The notes beneath the pieces were generated by a model. It did not search any database. It saw nothing but the letters and a program-made list of their open reading frames with translations, and was not told the origin of the DNA. Below, piece after piece: positions 38,291-48,500 of a stretch of DNA of 64,000 nt. Position numbers and translations under genes: made by a program. Origin of the DNA: a virus; the IMG/VR virus record IMGVR_UViG_3300025195_000023, positions 1 through 64,000 of that record, one strand, 5' to 3'. The first letter of the stretch is position 1; each line of letters begins with the position of its first letter.

Positions 38291-40506
38291 AGAAAGGTAT
38301 CCCCTAGTGTGTTATGTGTTGTTGGTAGTGTAAGGGATATGTCTACGTAAGACTCGACGGATTTATATATGACTGTCCCAATATTACCAACATGCACAGT
38401 ACGGTTATAGAAGTCGTCCGGGCTTTCTCCAATGTGAACCGATGGTACTTGCCCGATGAACTGATATGGATCCAGAAAATCATTGGTCTCCAATAGTTTC
38501 ATGGCTTGTTCCAGTTCCGCCATCTTCTGGTCTTTCAATGCGGATAACTCTTCCCCTTCTGCCATAACCGCTTTTAAGTCTTGTTCCAACATATAGTTGG
38601 TCGCATCCATTAACGACGTGGACAGATTCAGGTAGGTTGTCGCATCCGGTACCAGGTCAAAGGCACTGCCTGCTGAGCCTGTAGCCAGGGCAATGACAGC
38701 AATTACAACAGCTGCCTCTACCCCGATTTCCTTAACCACCAGGCGAAACGCATAGGTTGACAGAACAAAGGCACCAACCATGACGAAGATCATAGCTGCA
38801 GCCAACATATAGAGGCCCAATTTAATTGCAGCTGCTATAAGCGGGGCCCCTTTACCCAATGTGAATACCGTAATAACAACCGCAGCCACAATAAGTAAAT
38901 TTTTGAAGAACGTCCGTTCGTACCACTTTACTTTTTGCGTGACCCTACTGTTGAAAACCAAATGTAGGCTACGGAAATATAATTGTTCCCTGACCGGTAA
39001 TGGGAGTTCCTGAGCCAGTTCGTAATCCACAGGAATCAATACCTTTCCGGAGCCAGCACTACCTTCGTGGGCATAGCCTCGCCAAATGTCATAACGCATA
39101 CGTGGATTAATGACCTGGATCTCATCCACCAGGGTTTCTGATATTTGGTGACGTATGCTGACAACTTCGTATTCATAGTTCCGGGAAACTCGTCGGACGG
39201 TCTCACCCATACTGGTGGTGTGTTCATAGGTCTCCGTCATCGTCTCTGTACGAATCCGGGTAGTGTAGGTACCCACCTTCCCTTCTTTGGCCGGTCGCAC
39301 ACGCTGCAGGATCTCCCCAAAGCTCAGCGTGGTATGGTAGTCCGCATCACGCCAGACGATGGCATTACCCGACAAGGACGCCACAGACAATGAAGGTGAC
39401 CGCCGGGGCGTCTGACGGTATAACCGCGAGAAGAACCGGTGCAGGTAGCGACGCTCGGCCTGCGACGTGGCATTGATCGGAACCGCGGCCAACATGACGG
39501 CCTGTTCCACATACTCAATATCCGGGTTCTCATGGATCTGGGCACCCAATTCTGCGTAATCCACTCCAATCATACTCAAGAGCTTCTCGGTGTCCTTGTA
39601 TTCCTGCGTTCCACGGTACTTCTCGGCCGTGCGGTCTTCCCGGTGATGTCGGAACATGAAGAAGGGGAAATAGGTGCCTGGGCTGGTGTAGTTCACGTTG
39701 AAAACCTGGTTCAACTCCGGATAGGTGGTGTCCCCATCCATGTACGTCCAGTACTTGGTTTTGCCCTCTGCCGTGATGTATTTCACCTGGAAGAACTCCC
39801 GGTCCTCTGGGTAGTCGCCCATGGGAACGTCCAGGGTTTCCCGTTTCAGTCCACCGGACTCCCATACGATATGGATACGGGCTTTCTCAGGACTGTCCGG
39901 ATCCAGTTCATACCCGGCCGGGGTGATAGCACCGCCCAGACCTTGCGTCATGGCCGGGCGTGTGGGTGTTTTACCTGCCCGGGGGTTATCACCCCACGAG
40001 TACACTGCGCCTGCCTCAGTGTCCTCCGAGGAAGCCAGGGGATACACCGCCACAATGTCTTCCAGGTACACCGTTGCACCCTTGGTCTTGGATAGGCCCG
40101 GGATCTCGTTGGTAGCCGGATCATAGTCATACTCGTCCACCAGGTGTTGCCAACCCACATGGATCGGGTTGAGCTGGGCAAACTGGGAGTACTCGATGGT
40201 CACCGCCTGACCTTCAATCCGTTCAAGGACCTGGCGAATTACGTCAGAGCCTGTATTGCGATTCAAGACGTGGGCATTAGGCAACCCGTACACATAGTTC
40301 CCTCGCTTGGCGTGGCGATACATGCGTTGCATGTCCAGTACCGGCCCATTGAGGGATTCCTCGATCATGGTGTCTACCATACCCTCGTTTCGCATCAGTC
40401 CCATGATCATGGCTTGCTTGATGGTGTCTGGCATTGCGCTATCTTCAACCACCCGGACTACGCTGGTATCGACGCTGGTTTTCTTCTTGCTGCTGAATAG
40501 CCCCAT
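38287..40506 (-). CDS. Virion structural protein (N4 gp53-like)
   Basis: Start MGLFSSKKK after AGGAG; KVKWYE followed by hydrophobic helices; synteny. Confidence 0.82.
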   Translation of the reverse strand: MGLFSSKKKTSVDTSVVRVVEDSAMPDTIKQAMIMGLMRNEGMVDTMIEESLNGPVLDMQRMYRHAKRGNYVYGLPNAHVLNRNTGSDVIRQVLERIEGQAVTIEYSQFAQLNPIHVGWQHLVDEYDYDPATNEIPGLSKTKGATVYLEDIVAVYPLASSEDTEAGAVYSWGDNPRAGKTPTRPAMTQGLGGAITPAGYELDPDSPEKARIHIVWESGGLKRETLDVPMGDYPEDREFFQVKYITAEGKTKYWTYMDGDTTYPELNQVFNVNYTSPGTYFPFFMFRHHREDRTAEKYRGTQEYKDTEKLLSMIGVDYAELGAQIHENPDIEYVEQAVMLAAVPINATSQAERRYLHRFFSRLYRQTPRRSPSLSVASLSGNAIVWRDADYHTTLSFGEILQRVRPAKEGKVGTYTTRIRTETMTETYEHTTSMGETVRRVSRNYEYEVVSIRHQISETLVDEIQVINPRMRYDIWRGYAHEGSAGSGKVLIPVDYELAQELPLPVREQLYFRSLHLVFNSRVTQKVKWYERTFFKNLLIVAAVVITVFTLGKGAPLIAAAIKLGLYMLAAAMIFVMVGAFVLSTYAFRLVVKEIGVEAAVVIAVIALATGSAGSAFDLVPDATTYLNLSTSLMDATNYMLEQDLKAVMAEGEELSALKDQKMAELEQAMKLLETNDFLDPYQFIGQVPSVHIGESPDDFYNRTVHVGNIGTVIYKSVESYVDISLTLPTTHNTLGDTFL

Positions 40507-40521
40507 TACTTGCTCCTGTAC

Positions 40522-40548
40522 AAAAGAAAAGGGAGCCCTATGGCTCCC
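40522..40548 (-). terminator. Terminator-like hairpin between gp54-like and gp53-like genes
   Basis: GGGAGCC/GGCTCCC stem followed by a T-tract on the minus strand. Confidence 0.7.
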
Positions 40549-40576
40549 CTTCATTCTCCGGATTTATCAGCTGGCT

Positions 40577-41455
40577 TCAGGCATTTACGCCGTTCAGCAT
40601 GGCATCCACCGCTCGTTTGATGGCTGCATCGTTCAGACCATTACCATCTACGGTCTGGCCACCGTCCGTCGTTTGTCGGACGTTCCAGGTATCAATCATG
40701 ATCTTTGCGGTCTTCTGCTCAGCATCTCGTTTGAACCCGTTGGCCTGAGCGTCGTACAGCGACTTCTGCTTGCCAACCACGGAGTCAGCGTCTACACCTA
40801 CACCGGAGGTCTGGGCCTGCTCGGTTACCTTCTTCTGGTTCAGCAATGCCGTCTCGGATACCAGCTTGAGCTTCTGCTCCATCAGAATGTCGTACTCGCC
40901 ACGGAGCTTACATTCCTGGGCCACCAGTACAGTGTTCTCGGTGATGGCATTGGCGGTCTGTTGCTCGATCAAACCTGTCTGTGCTTCGGTCTGTGTCTTT
41001 TCCGCCTGCAGGTTCTGCAGCTGCTGCTCCTGTACGGCCGCCTGGGCATCCAGTAACGCACCCTGTTTGGGAATGTTCAGGGCCTCTGCAGTCAGGTTGG
41101 CGGTCTGCTGCTCAATCTGAACTGTCTGGGATTTGATCTGATCTTCCTGGGCGGCCAGATTCAGTGTCTGCTGCTCGATCTGAGCCTGGTTCAGGCCTTC
41201 GGTGATCAGTTGCTTTTCCAGAAGCTGGGCTTCCAGGTCCACTTTCTGCTGAGCCAGGAGGAACTGCAGTGAGCGGTCCATGACCGCCTGCAAGGCCCCG
41301 AGGTAGACCGTGGCATACTCACTGCCTTTGATCCGGCCCTTTGAGTACTCTGCGTCGATATGGGCCTCGGTGGCCCGCATAAGCTCGTCGAAGATGCCGT
41401 TTCCGTTCAAACTCTCCTGACCGGCTGTCAGGTCGGAAATCGTAACTGCTGCCAT
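40577..41455 (-). CDS. Tail/structural protein (N4 gp54-like)
   Basis: GNGIFDELM..EYSKGRIKGSEYATVY..VGKQKSLYDAQ..FKRDAEQK pattern. Confidence 0.85.
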   Translation of the reverse strand: MAAVTISDLTAGQESLNGNGIFDELMRATEAHIDAEYSKGRIKGSEYATVYLGALQAVMDRSLQFLLAQQKVDLEAQLLEKQLITEGLNQAQIEQQTLNLAAQEDQIKSQTVQIEQQTANLTAEALNIPKQGALLDAQAAVQEQQLQNLQAEKTQTEAQTGLIEQQTANAITENTVLVAQECKLRGEYDILMEQKLKLVSETALLNQKKVTEQAQTSGVGVDADSVVGKQKSLYDAQANGFKRDAEQKTAKIMIDTWNVRQTTDGGQTVDGNGLNDAAIKRAVDAMLNGVNA

Positions 41456-41476
41456 GGGTCTACCTCAGTCCTGTGG

Positions 41477-42016
41477 TTAAGCGGCGGCTGTGCCAGCGGC
41501 CATTGCCTGGCGTTGGGCCAGTTTCTTGAGTTCCTCTTCTGTCAGAGGCGGCAGCTCTTCAACGTTGAAGGCATTGATCAGCTTACCCTCACGGACAGGA
41601 CGTCCACGGTCGTCACGCTTGGAAACAAACACCTGGCACTGTTTACGTTTGATCATCTTCAGGATGATGCGGGGAACATGCCACTCGGTATCGAAGGGGA
41701 CGTACTTCTTGAAGGTACCGGTGATCCGGTTACCCGCACAAAAAATATCGCCGTCGTATTCTTTACGGTTGGGATCCATGCAGGTCACACGGACACGAAC
41801 CAGTTCAGAGGCCTCTTTGATCAGGCGCCGACGTTTGGCTCCTTCGGTCTCTTCCGCTTCTGGTTTGGTTTCTTCGTCGTTAGTGGCGCCCATGGCTTCC
41901 TCGATCTTTTCACGTAGTTTGTCTTCACCGATGTTCGGGTGATACTTGATGCCCAGCACATCCGCTCGGGACTTCAGTGAATCAAGTGCGGACTCGGTTA
42001 CGTTGTCTTCAGACAT
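41477..42016 (-). CDS. N4 gp55-like protein
   Basis: LKSRADVLGIKYHPNIG..LVRVRVTCMDP..LPPLTEEELKKLA pattern. Confidence 0.85.
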   Translation of the reverse strand: MSEDNVTESALDSLKSRADVLGIKYHPNIGEDKLREKIEEAMGATNDEETKPEAEETEGAKRRRLIKEASELVRVRVTCMDPNRKEYDGDIFCAGNRITGTFKKYVPFDTEWHVPRIILKMIKRKQCQVFVSKRDDRGRPVREGKLINAFNVEELPPLTEEELKKLAQRQAMAAGTAAA

Positions 42017-42042
42017 TCTCATCTACTCCAGTTGTTCGTAGG

Positions 42043-42074
42043 AAAAGGATGGGAGGGGTTATCCCCTCCCAGCC
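42043..42074 (-). terminator. Terminator after the major capsid gene
   Basis: GGGAGGGG/CCCCTCCC stem followed by TTTT on the minus strand. Confidence 0.75.
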
Positions 42075-42079
42075 ATGGA

Positions 42080-43249
42080 TCACATCGGGGCTGCGGTTTT
42101 CACCAGGCCGATACGCTCCGGACGCTCCAGCAGGAAGCCGTAGTACCACTTGATGGACATGAAGCCAGTCTCACCATACGGGTCAGAACGATCCGCGGTT
42201 TCAGTACCAGGCTTCTTGTGGGTGATCTTGAACTTCACTGTCTTACCGTCGGTCTGGAAACCAATGGTAGAGAAGGAAGAGTCACCAACCACCAGCATCG
42301 GGAACACGTCGAACTTGCCACCGGTTGCGAAGTGAGTAGTGTTATCTAGTACCGCAGCACCAGCACCGGCCCACTTCATCATTTCCGGAACCACGACGAT
42401 GCGGAACTTGCCCACGGTACCGATCTCACCGTTCAGAACAGTACCGCCTGCGGCGTACTTCTCGACGGAGATAAAGGCACGCTCACCGTGCAGATCCTTC
42501 ATGCCTTCCAGGAGGGGCTGAAGTTCAGAACCGATGTACATCACACGACCACCAGGCAGAGTCTTGGTGTCAACCAGACGGGTACCGGTGATGATCTTGG
42601 TCTGCTTCGGAGTACGGTTGTTGTCCAGGTCGATGGACAGACGCAGCAGGTCGTCGTAGGTCACCTCAGAGGTGGCATCTACTTCGGCATCGTCAGTGGC
42701 AGTACCACCAAACTTGACCACACCAGCCGCGTTCAGCAGGTCGATCTGCAGCAGATCCTCGGTGATCTCGTTAGCACCGTTCAGCATTTCACGGTTAACG
42801 TGCATCATCAGATCAGCGTCAGTATCGAAGTCCAGGGATTCCTGGGTGTACTCGTCGAAGAAACCGAACTTGGCGATGGTGCCTTCGATTTCCTTACGCT
42901 TGAAACCAACACGGTTAACGCGGCCGCCGGTTTCGGACAGCACAGGCATCTTGCCGGTGATGGTGCCCACATCTTTGCTGGAACCGTACAGGTTACCGTT
43001 CTCGATGGTGGCGCCATTGGCGTCAATACCCTGGTCGTTGATGTTGGCATCGTCGAGCAGCGGCAGGTAATGGTACTTCCGCAGCGTCTTACCCATGTGC
43101 TTGGGCATAGCGGTTACGTCCGCCAGCTGGCCAAAGTACTGTTCCTTACGCATCTCGATGAGAGCGCGTTTGATGTAATGATCCGTGCGGAGCTGCTTAC
43201 CGATACCGGACGGAGCACCGTTTACTGGATCGTTATATTGTCTGGACAT
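42080..43249 (-). CDS. Major capsid protein (N4 gp56 family)
   Basis: [57 protein letters not shown] pattern. Confidence 0.96.
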   Translation of the reverse strand: MSRQYNDPVNGAPSGIGKQLRTDHYIKRALIEMRKEQYFGQLADVTAMPKHMGKTLRKYHYLPLLDDANINDQGIDANGATIENGNLYGSSKDVGTITGKMPVLSETGGRVNRVGFKRKEIEGTIAKFGFFDEYTQESLDFDTDADLMMHVNREMLNGANEITEDLLQIDLLNAAGVVKFGGTATDDAEVDATSEVTYDDLLRLSIDLDNNRTPKQTKIITGTRLVDTKTLPGGRVMYIGSELQPLLEGMKDLHGERAFISVEKYAAGGTVLNGEIGTVGKFRIVVVPEMMKWAGAGAAVLDNTTHFATGGKFDVFPMLVVGDSSFSTIGFQTDGKTVKFKITHKKPGTETADRSDPYGETGFMSIKWYYGFLLERPERIGLVKTAAPM

Positions 43250-43265
43250 AGGCTACCCTTAATTC

Positions 43266-44450
43266 TTACAGGAGATTTGGATCGAACGCCTTCTCGAACT
43301 CGTCATCCGGCAGTGACAGCGGATTAAAGTCCGGTGCTTTCGCAGCAGGCTTTTGTCTGGTTGAGCTTGCGGCTCGTTTTTTCTGGTTGAGCTTCGGGTC
43401 CGGTTTACGGGCTACGCGCTTCTTCACCACGGTCTTACCTTCGGATGCGTTATCAGCAGTGCCTGGTGTTTCCGTAGTGTTAAAGGCGCCCTCGCGGTGC
43501 AACCGTTCGCCTACCTGGTTGTAGGCTTCCAGATCCGAGAGCCCGGACAAGCGACCAAACGTGCGTTCCTTCTCGACCTCACTGGACACCTTTTCAAAGA
43601 TCCCACTGGCCATGTGGTCATTGATGGTCTCAATCAGTGTTGGGTCATTGGCGATGAACTGCTTGCTCTTGCTATCCCACTTATTGCTGATGACGTCGAT
43701 GGTGTTGGCATACGTAGGTGTGTCCTGGATCCGTTCCAGTACCTCGTCCAACGCCATCTCCCGATCATCGACAGTGTAAGTTTCGGGCTTGTAGTCGCTA
43801 TCACTGTCAACATCCATTTCAAGCGGATCCAGTCCGCTATCCTTGATCAACTTCTGAATGGCTTCTGGCTTCTTCTTATCCAGGTCAATCAGATAATTGA
43901 GTCGGTCTTCACCCAGAAGGTCATGCTTTTCCAGCAGCTTCAGGGTCTTCAAAGACGGCTTCAGTGCAGCCATCTTCTTGTTGTAGTTAGCGCCCATCTG
44001 CATGAGGGTACGAACCTCGTCGATGGACTTGACCTGCATTTCTTTACCGTTGGCCTTGAACGGGGCCATCAGGCGTTCGTATTCCGCCTTGTAGTCAATG
44101 GCCTCAGTATCCTGGTCCTCGCTGGCATCTTCGTCTTCGTCCTCATCGGACGCTTCGGCGTCATCCAGTTCGTCGGTGTCGGATGCTTCGTCGTCATCAA
44201 GGGCCTCCTCATCGGTACCCTCATCAACGTCTTCATTCTCTTCCTCGTAGGAGGAATCCTCAGCGTCGTCCTCTTCCGGCTGCGCCTCCGAGTCCTCGGC
44301 GTCGGATTCCTCCAAAGCACCCTCTTCCTCAGTCAGTTCAGGCTCGTCGTAGGCGGCCTCAAACGCTGAGGGGTCCATCTGAGCAAAGGCATCATCGGAC
44401 ATGCCCAGGGCATCCTGTGCCTGGTCATTGGTCTCAGTAGTCATGCTCAT
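43266..44450 (-). CDS. Scaffold-like protein (N4 gp57-like)
   Basis: Very acidic N-terminus; PFKANGK..LMQMGANYNKKM; upstream of the capsid gene. Confidence 0.85.
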   Translation of the reverse strand: MSMTTETNDQAQDALGMSDDAFAQMDPSAFEAAYDEPELTEEEGALEESDAEDSEAQPEEDDAEDSSYEEENEDVDEGTDEEALDDDEASDTDELDDAEASDEDEDEDASEDQDTEAIDYKAEYERLMAPFKANGKEMQVKSIDEVRTLMQMGANYNKKMAALKPSLKTLKLLEKHDLLGEDRLNYLIDLDKKKPEAIQKLIKDSGLDPLEMDVDSDSDYKPETYTVDDREMALDEVLERIQDTPTYANTIDVISNKWDSKSKQFIANDPTLIETINDHMASGIFEKVSSEVEKERTFGRLSGLSDLEAYNQVGERLHREGAFNTTETPGTADNASEGKTVVKKRVARKPDPKLNQKKRAASSTRQKPAAKAPDFNPLSLPDDEFEKAFDPNLL

Positions 44451-44791
44451 TCATCGGCTCCTTCTGCACGCAGGTCGTCAAGAACGTCTTCACATTCACG
44501 AATAGCGTCCTTGGCCATTTCGGCCTGGTAACGCAAGAAGTTGAGGAACTGGGTAAAGGAACCAATGCCGTCAATGTCCCGAAGGATATTGGCCTGGTGT
44601 TTTGGATCCTGCATGGCAGCATCACCCTTTGCATGAACAAGTCGAACAGCTTCTTTATTCAGATAGTGTTCCTGAATAACTTTTTTGAAGTCCCGGTTCT
44701 TTTCGAGACGTTCAAGGGATTTACCCAGCTCAACAAGTTCCTTGGCTTCCTTAATGTTCATTTCCAGTTCAACAACGTCTTGGCTACTCAT
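44447..44791 (-). CDS. N4 gp58-like protein
   Basis: LERLEKNRDFKKVIQEHYL..EAVRLV; synteny. Confidence 0.8.
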   Translation of the reverse strand: MSSQDVVELEMNIKEAKELVELGKSLERLEKNRDFKKVIQEHYLNKEAVRLVHAKGDAAMQDPKHQANILRDIDGIGSFTQFLNFLRYQAEMAKDAIRECEDVLDDLRAEGADE

Positions 44792-44877
44792 AATAAGTCC
44801 GGCTCTACTGCGTTAGTGGTCAATAGGTTTTAACTTTCAAGAACCTTAAACAAATTCAAATCGTTTATCACAACTTT

Positions 44878-47025
44878 TTATTCACGGTTCTTCATTAAGT
44901 ATTCCCGGAGCTTATTACTATGCTCTTCCTGTTGTTTAAGTTGATGCTCAAGTATCTTTGTCTTTCCTTGCGCTTCAGCTTGTGCGGCTTGTTTCTGCAA
45001 ATCGCGTTCCTGTTTAACGCCCGACTCTTGTTCCACATAATCCAGGTTCTTCAAATCGGTATCGCTTTGCAGGTTGGATGCTTTCGCAGAATCCAGCTGA
45101 GCATTGGCCCGGTTCTCAATGATCTTGGAATCAATCTCCTCAATCTCTTTTTGAAGTTTGAGCAGTTCCAGTCGCTGGATTTCCTGTTGGATCGGATCCG
45201 GTTGCGGCTGGAAGGTCTCAATGCGGTGAGCCAGGTCAGGCATCTTCCGCAGCGTGGCAATTTCAGACAGGATGATCTTGCGTAGGTTGGGGTCTTCGTT
45301 GGGACCCAGGGTCTGTAGCATGAAGGCCAGCTCACTGGCTTTCTTCTCGTCTTCCTCGGCGGTGGAGATGGACAGCTTCAGGTCATACTGGCCAGCCAGC
45401 TCGTCCCGACGAATCTCGACGTACTCTCCGTTGGTTACACGGACCACTTCTTTCTCGTCCAGGAACACTGCGTTCATGGCCACGATCTTCCGGGCAATCT
45501 GGATCATCCCATCAGACAGGCGACGGAGGATACCCATCTCCCGCTTGGAGGCCGCATCCAGGGCACCTCGAACACTGGCGGCCACATCACCCAGGGAAGT
45601 ACCCGACACACCCTGGCTGTAGGCTTTCACACCGGTCAGGGACTCCGCTTCCATGTTCTGGCTCTGTAGCATGAACTGAGCGGACTGCGGGATCTCAGGG
45701 AAGGTGTGCATGTTGACGCCCTGACGTGGGTCCACGTTGGCGTTGAACTCGTAGTCCAGTCCCTGGCGGAACCGTCGCTTGTTTACGGCATCGAGCATGT
45801 CTTTACGCATGCCCATCTGACCGTTGGCACTTCGACCGAGGATATCAATCATGCCGCGGGTCACCGCACCCATGATCTTCTGGTTGTCTTCCAGCAGGGC
45901 CCCATCCGGTTCACCGTAGATGGAACGGCGTTTGGGCAGGTACTGGATAACGACAAAAGGAATTTCCTGGTCCGGGTAGGGGTTGTCTTCCATCCGGATC
46001 AGTGTGTCACCAACCCAGCTGGCTACAATAGGCTTAACAACACCAGAACCATCAATATCACGATATCCCCAGTACTCATAAACGACAATTTTCTTACGGG
46101 CCTCGTCTGCAAAGCTGAAACCAGACGACGTATCGGAGCCATGGTCTGGCTCGGACAATGGGGTACTGTTTGAGAGATTGATCTTGTCGAGGTTGGTGTA
46201 TTTTCCATCTTTTTCCAGTTCCGATAGCGAGGACTCAAAGCTGTAAATGACAAAGCTGGCTTTACTGATATCACCTTGGCAGGTCGGGTCGATGATAACG
46301 TTGCGGTAGTCACAAATATCAATCGTGGGTTGGTTAACCACGGTCTTGGAGACCATCTCCTTGACCATGCCTGTGATCTTGGGTCGGATCGGGTCACCAG
46401 TTTCAAGCGTAAGGTCGTGGGCTTCCTGGAGTTCTTCCGGTACTTCGGCATAGTACTCTCCTGGGTTGGCCGCCTTCATCTCTGCCAGCTCCTGGTGCAG
46501 CTCGGCATAGGTGGGATCCACCACGAATTCGACCTGGGGGACCTCCTCCTCCACTTCTTCTTCAATGAAGTCCCAGCCGACGCGGCAAATGATTGTGCCC
46601 TCGTCCACACCGGTACGCACGTATTCATCAATGAACTTGGTTTTATTGATGGCTCGGCGGAATTGGTAATTTAACAGGATCTGGTTTTGAACAGCGCCTT
46701 GTTTGTCTTCCCATGTAACAGGTTCAACGTCAAACAAGTCTTCGGTAGTAAGGAAGGGTTCTGTTAATGCAGCGTAACGCCACTCAGCTTGTTTACGGAT
46801 CAGTTTAGGGACAATGCGAGAACGCCCTTTCGGGGCATTTACTTTCGCACTGCCTTCCACATTCAAGTTATCCAGGTACCGATCAATCTGGCCAACTTGT
46901 TCTTGGTGAATGGAAGTAGCTTCCTGTAAATCCGCTTTCAATTCGCGGATTGACGGCTCCTTCTTCCATTTCGTTAGCCGGACATTATTGTTGTCCAGGT
47001 CTATCACTTGTTCACTTTCACTCAT
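44878..47025 (-). CDS. Portal protein (N4 gp59-like)
   Basis: PKLIRKQAEWRYAALTEPFL, RSANGQ and KREMGILRRL motifs; start probably MSESEQ. Confidence 0.93.
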   Translation of the reverse strand: MSESEQVIDLDNNNVRLTKWKKEPSIRELKADLQEATSIHQEQVGQIDRYLDNLNVEGSAKVNAPKGRSRIVPKLIRKQAEWRYAALTEPFLTTEDLFDVEPVTWEDKQGAVQNQILLNYQFRRAINKTKFIDEYVRTGVDEGTIICRVGWDFIEEEVEEEVPQVEFVVDPTYAELHQELAEMKAANPGEYYAEVPEELQEAHDLTLETGDPIRPKITGMVKEMVSKTVVNQPTIDICDYRNVIIDPTCQGDISKASFVIYSFESSLSELEKDGKYTNLDKINLSNSTPLSEPDHGSDTSSGFSFADEARKKIVVYEYWGYRDIDGSGVVKPIVASWVGDTLIRMEDNPYPDQEIPFVVIQYLPKRRSIYGEPDGALLEDNQKIMGAVTRGMIDILGRSANGQMGMRKDMLDAVNKRRFRQGLDYEFNANVDPRQGVNMHTFPEIPQSAQFMLQSQNMEAESLTGVKAYSQGVSGTSLGDVAASVRGALDAASKREMGILRRLSDGMIQIARKIVAMNAVFLDEKEVVRVTNGEYVEIRRDELAGQYDLKLSISTAEEDEKKASELAFMLQTLGPNEDPNLRKIILSEIATLRKMPDLAHRIETFQPQPDPIQQEIQRLELLKLQKEIEEIDSKIIENRANAQLDSAKASNLQSDTDLKNLDYVEQESGVKQERDLQKQAAQAEAQGKTKILEHQLKQQEEHSNKLREYLMKNRE

Positions 47026-47090
47026 AAGTGTGCAACCCCAGTCATGTACAGTTCGGTACATGGTATGTAAATCAAAAATGGAGTGCAGAA

Positions 47091-47522
47091 ATGAATATCA
47101 AACCATTACATGAAGGATTTAAGTGCCCAATTAAGGGATCCAGTGCTGCCGGGGGCTATGATATTTATATGCCTGAAGGTGGTGTATTGGATCCTGTGGC
47201 CGATAAAGGGAAATTAGTGGGCCTGGGCTTTGCGGCCGAAGTCCCGCCTGGCCATGTGGCCAAGATTTACCCCAGATCCAGTACCGGAGCCAAGCACGGA
47301 TTGGAGTTGAACAACACCGTAGGCATCATTGACGCGGATTATCGGGGCGAATGGATGGCTTGCTTGCGGGTAAAGGACGGACATGCCTTCTCGTGGGAAG
47401 CCGGTGACCGTATTTTGCAGTTTGTGATCGTGCCTGTGGCGGACGTCAACCTGATGGTGGTGGATGAGCTTGATGAAACACACCGCGGCGAAGGCGGTTT
47501 TGGTTCAACAGGAGAAAAGTGA
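47091..47522 (+). CDS. dut: Trimeric dUTPase
   Basis: GGYDI, PRSSTG, GIIDADYRGE, GDRILQ and RGEGGFGSTG motifs. Confidence 0.95.
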   Translation: MNIKPLHEGFKCPIKGSSAAGGYDIYMPEGGVLDPVADKGKLVGLGFAAEVPPGHVAKIYPRSSTGAKHGLELNNTVGIIDADYRGEWMACLRVKDGHAFSWEAGDRILQFVIVPVADVNLMVVDELDETHRGEGGFGSTGEK

Positions 47523-47821
47523 TGACAGAGAAAACGCTACACAACAGTGACGTATCCGGTGCGCGTGAAAACGTGAAGGACATTCGGGTGGTTGGTAACG
47601 GGGATTTGTTCCAGCTGCTGTGCAAGGCTTCAAGCCAGAAAGAGGGGTGGATGAAGTCCACCAAGGCTATGCAGACCGGCACTGGGTGCGTGGTCCAGGT
47701 GACCACTCAGCAACGCAACCCCGATGGAACGTATGCCGTGGCGGAAGCCGTAACGTTTGTTCCTGGGGTCACTATTGTTGAAGACAATAACGGCGGGAGG
47801 AAACTCGTCGTAAAACTGTAA
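47519..47821 (+). CDS. Conserved phage hypothetical protein
   Basis: LLCKASSQKEGWMKSTKAM..AEAVTFVPG; overlaps the dut stop. Confidence 0.75.
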   Translation: MMTEKTLHNSDVSGARENVKDIRVVGNGDLFQLLCKASSQKEGWMKSTKAMQTGTGCVVQVTTQQRNPDGTYAVAEAVTFVPGVTIVEDNNGGRKLVVKL

Positions 47822-47826
47822 CGGTC

Positions 47827-47845
47827 AGGGGGCTAAGCCCCCTTT
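47827..47845. terminator. Hairpin between converging genes
   Basis: AGGGGGC-taa-GCCCCCT followed by TT. Confidence 0.6.
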
Positions 47846-47850
47846 CCCCG

Positions 47851-48489
47851 TTATACCCACCCGTTACTGTGGAAACGATCCTGATGGTACCCCTGATCCA
47901 GGGGATATCCATCATTCACCAAGCGCTGACAGGCCTGCTCGTACTTGGCCGCGTAGTTGTTGCCATCATGGAAGGCCTCGGTCATCCCAATCGGGTTCAT
48001 AACACGGCTGGCCACGAAGTACAGCAGTGGTTCCAGGTACATCGGAGGTAGGTCAATGTCCACCATGTTCGGTGGATAGTACGTCTCCTCCGTCCCGAAG
48101 GGTTTGTGGTCTGCCCGATAGGTCACCAGCAGCATGGTTGCATCCAGACTGGCCGGAACCACCAGGGTCCGGTAGTTCGGGGTATGTAGTGACTCAGGTT
48201 CGTTGAGGATATTGAGTAGGTACTCGTTGTCCTCCGTGTCCTTCACTGACTCAATCCGGAGTAAGTCAGGCAGATCCAGTACATATCGAGTCTCTCCCGG
48301 CTCCAGAACCAGGGAGTGGACCTGCTCCTTGATGAAGAACCGTGTATGCAGTGCCGTCAGCCCCATACGGACGTGGGTCAACAGCTGCTTCTTGTTTTCT
48401 TCCGTCAGTTCGCCCCGGGACGGATCGGTGAGGAACACATTACGCAGCTCCCCATGGCTCAGGTGATCAAAGATATCTTGCAGTTTCAT
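47851..48489 (-). CDS. Head-tail adaptor (N4 gp67-like)
   Basis: LSHGEL..GLTALHTRF..YLEPLLYFVASR..RFHSNGWV; directly downstream of terminase. Confidence 0.85.
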   Translation of the reverse strand: MKLQDIFDHLSHGELRNVFLTDPSRGELTEENKKQLLTHVRMGLTALHTRFFIKEQVHSLVLEPGETRYVLDLPDLLRIESVKDTEDNEYLLNILNEPESLHTPNYRTLVVPASLDATMLLVTYRADHKPFGTEETYYPPNMVDIDLPPMYLEPLLYFVASRVMNPIGMTEAFHDGNNYAAKYEQACQRLVNDGYPLDQGYHQDRFHSNGWV

Positions 48490-48500
48490 AGGCACTCCCG

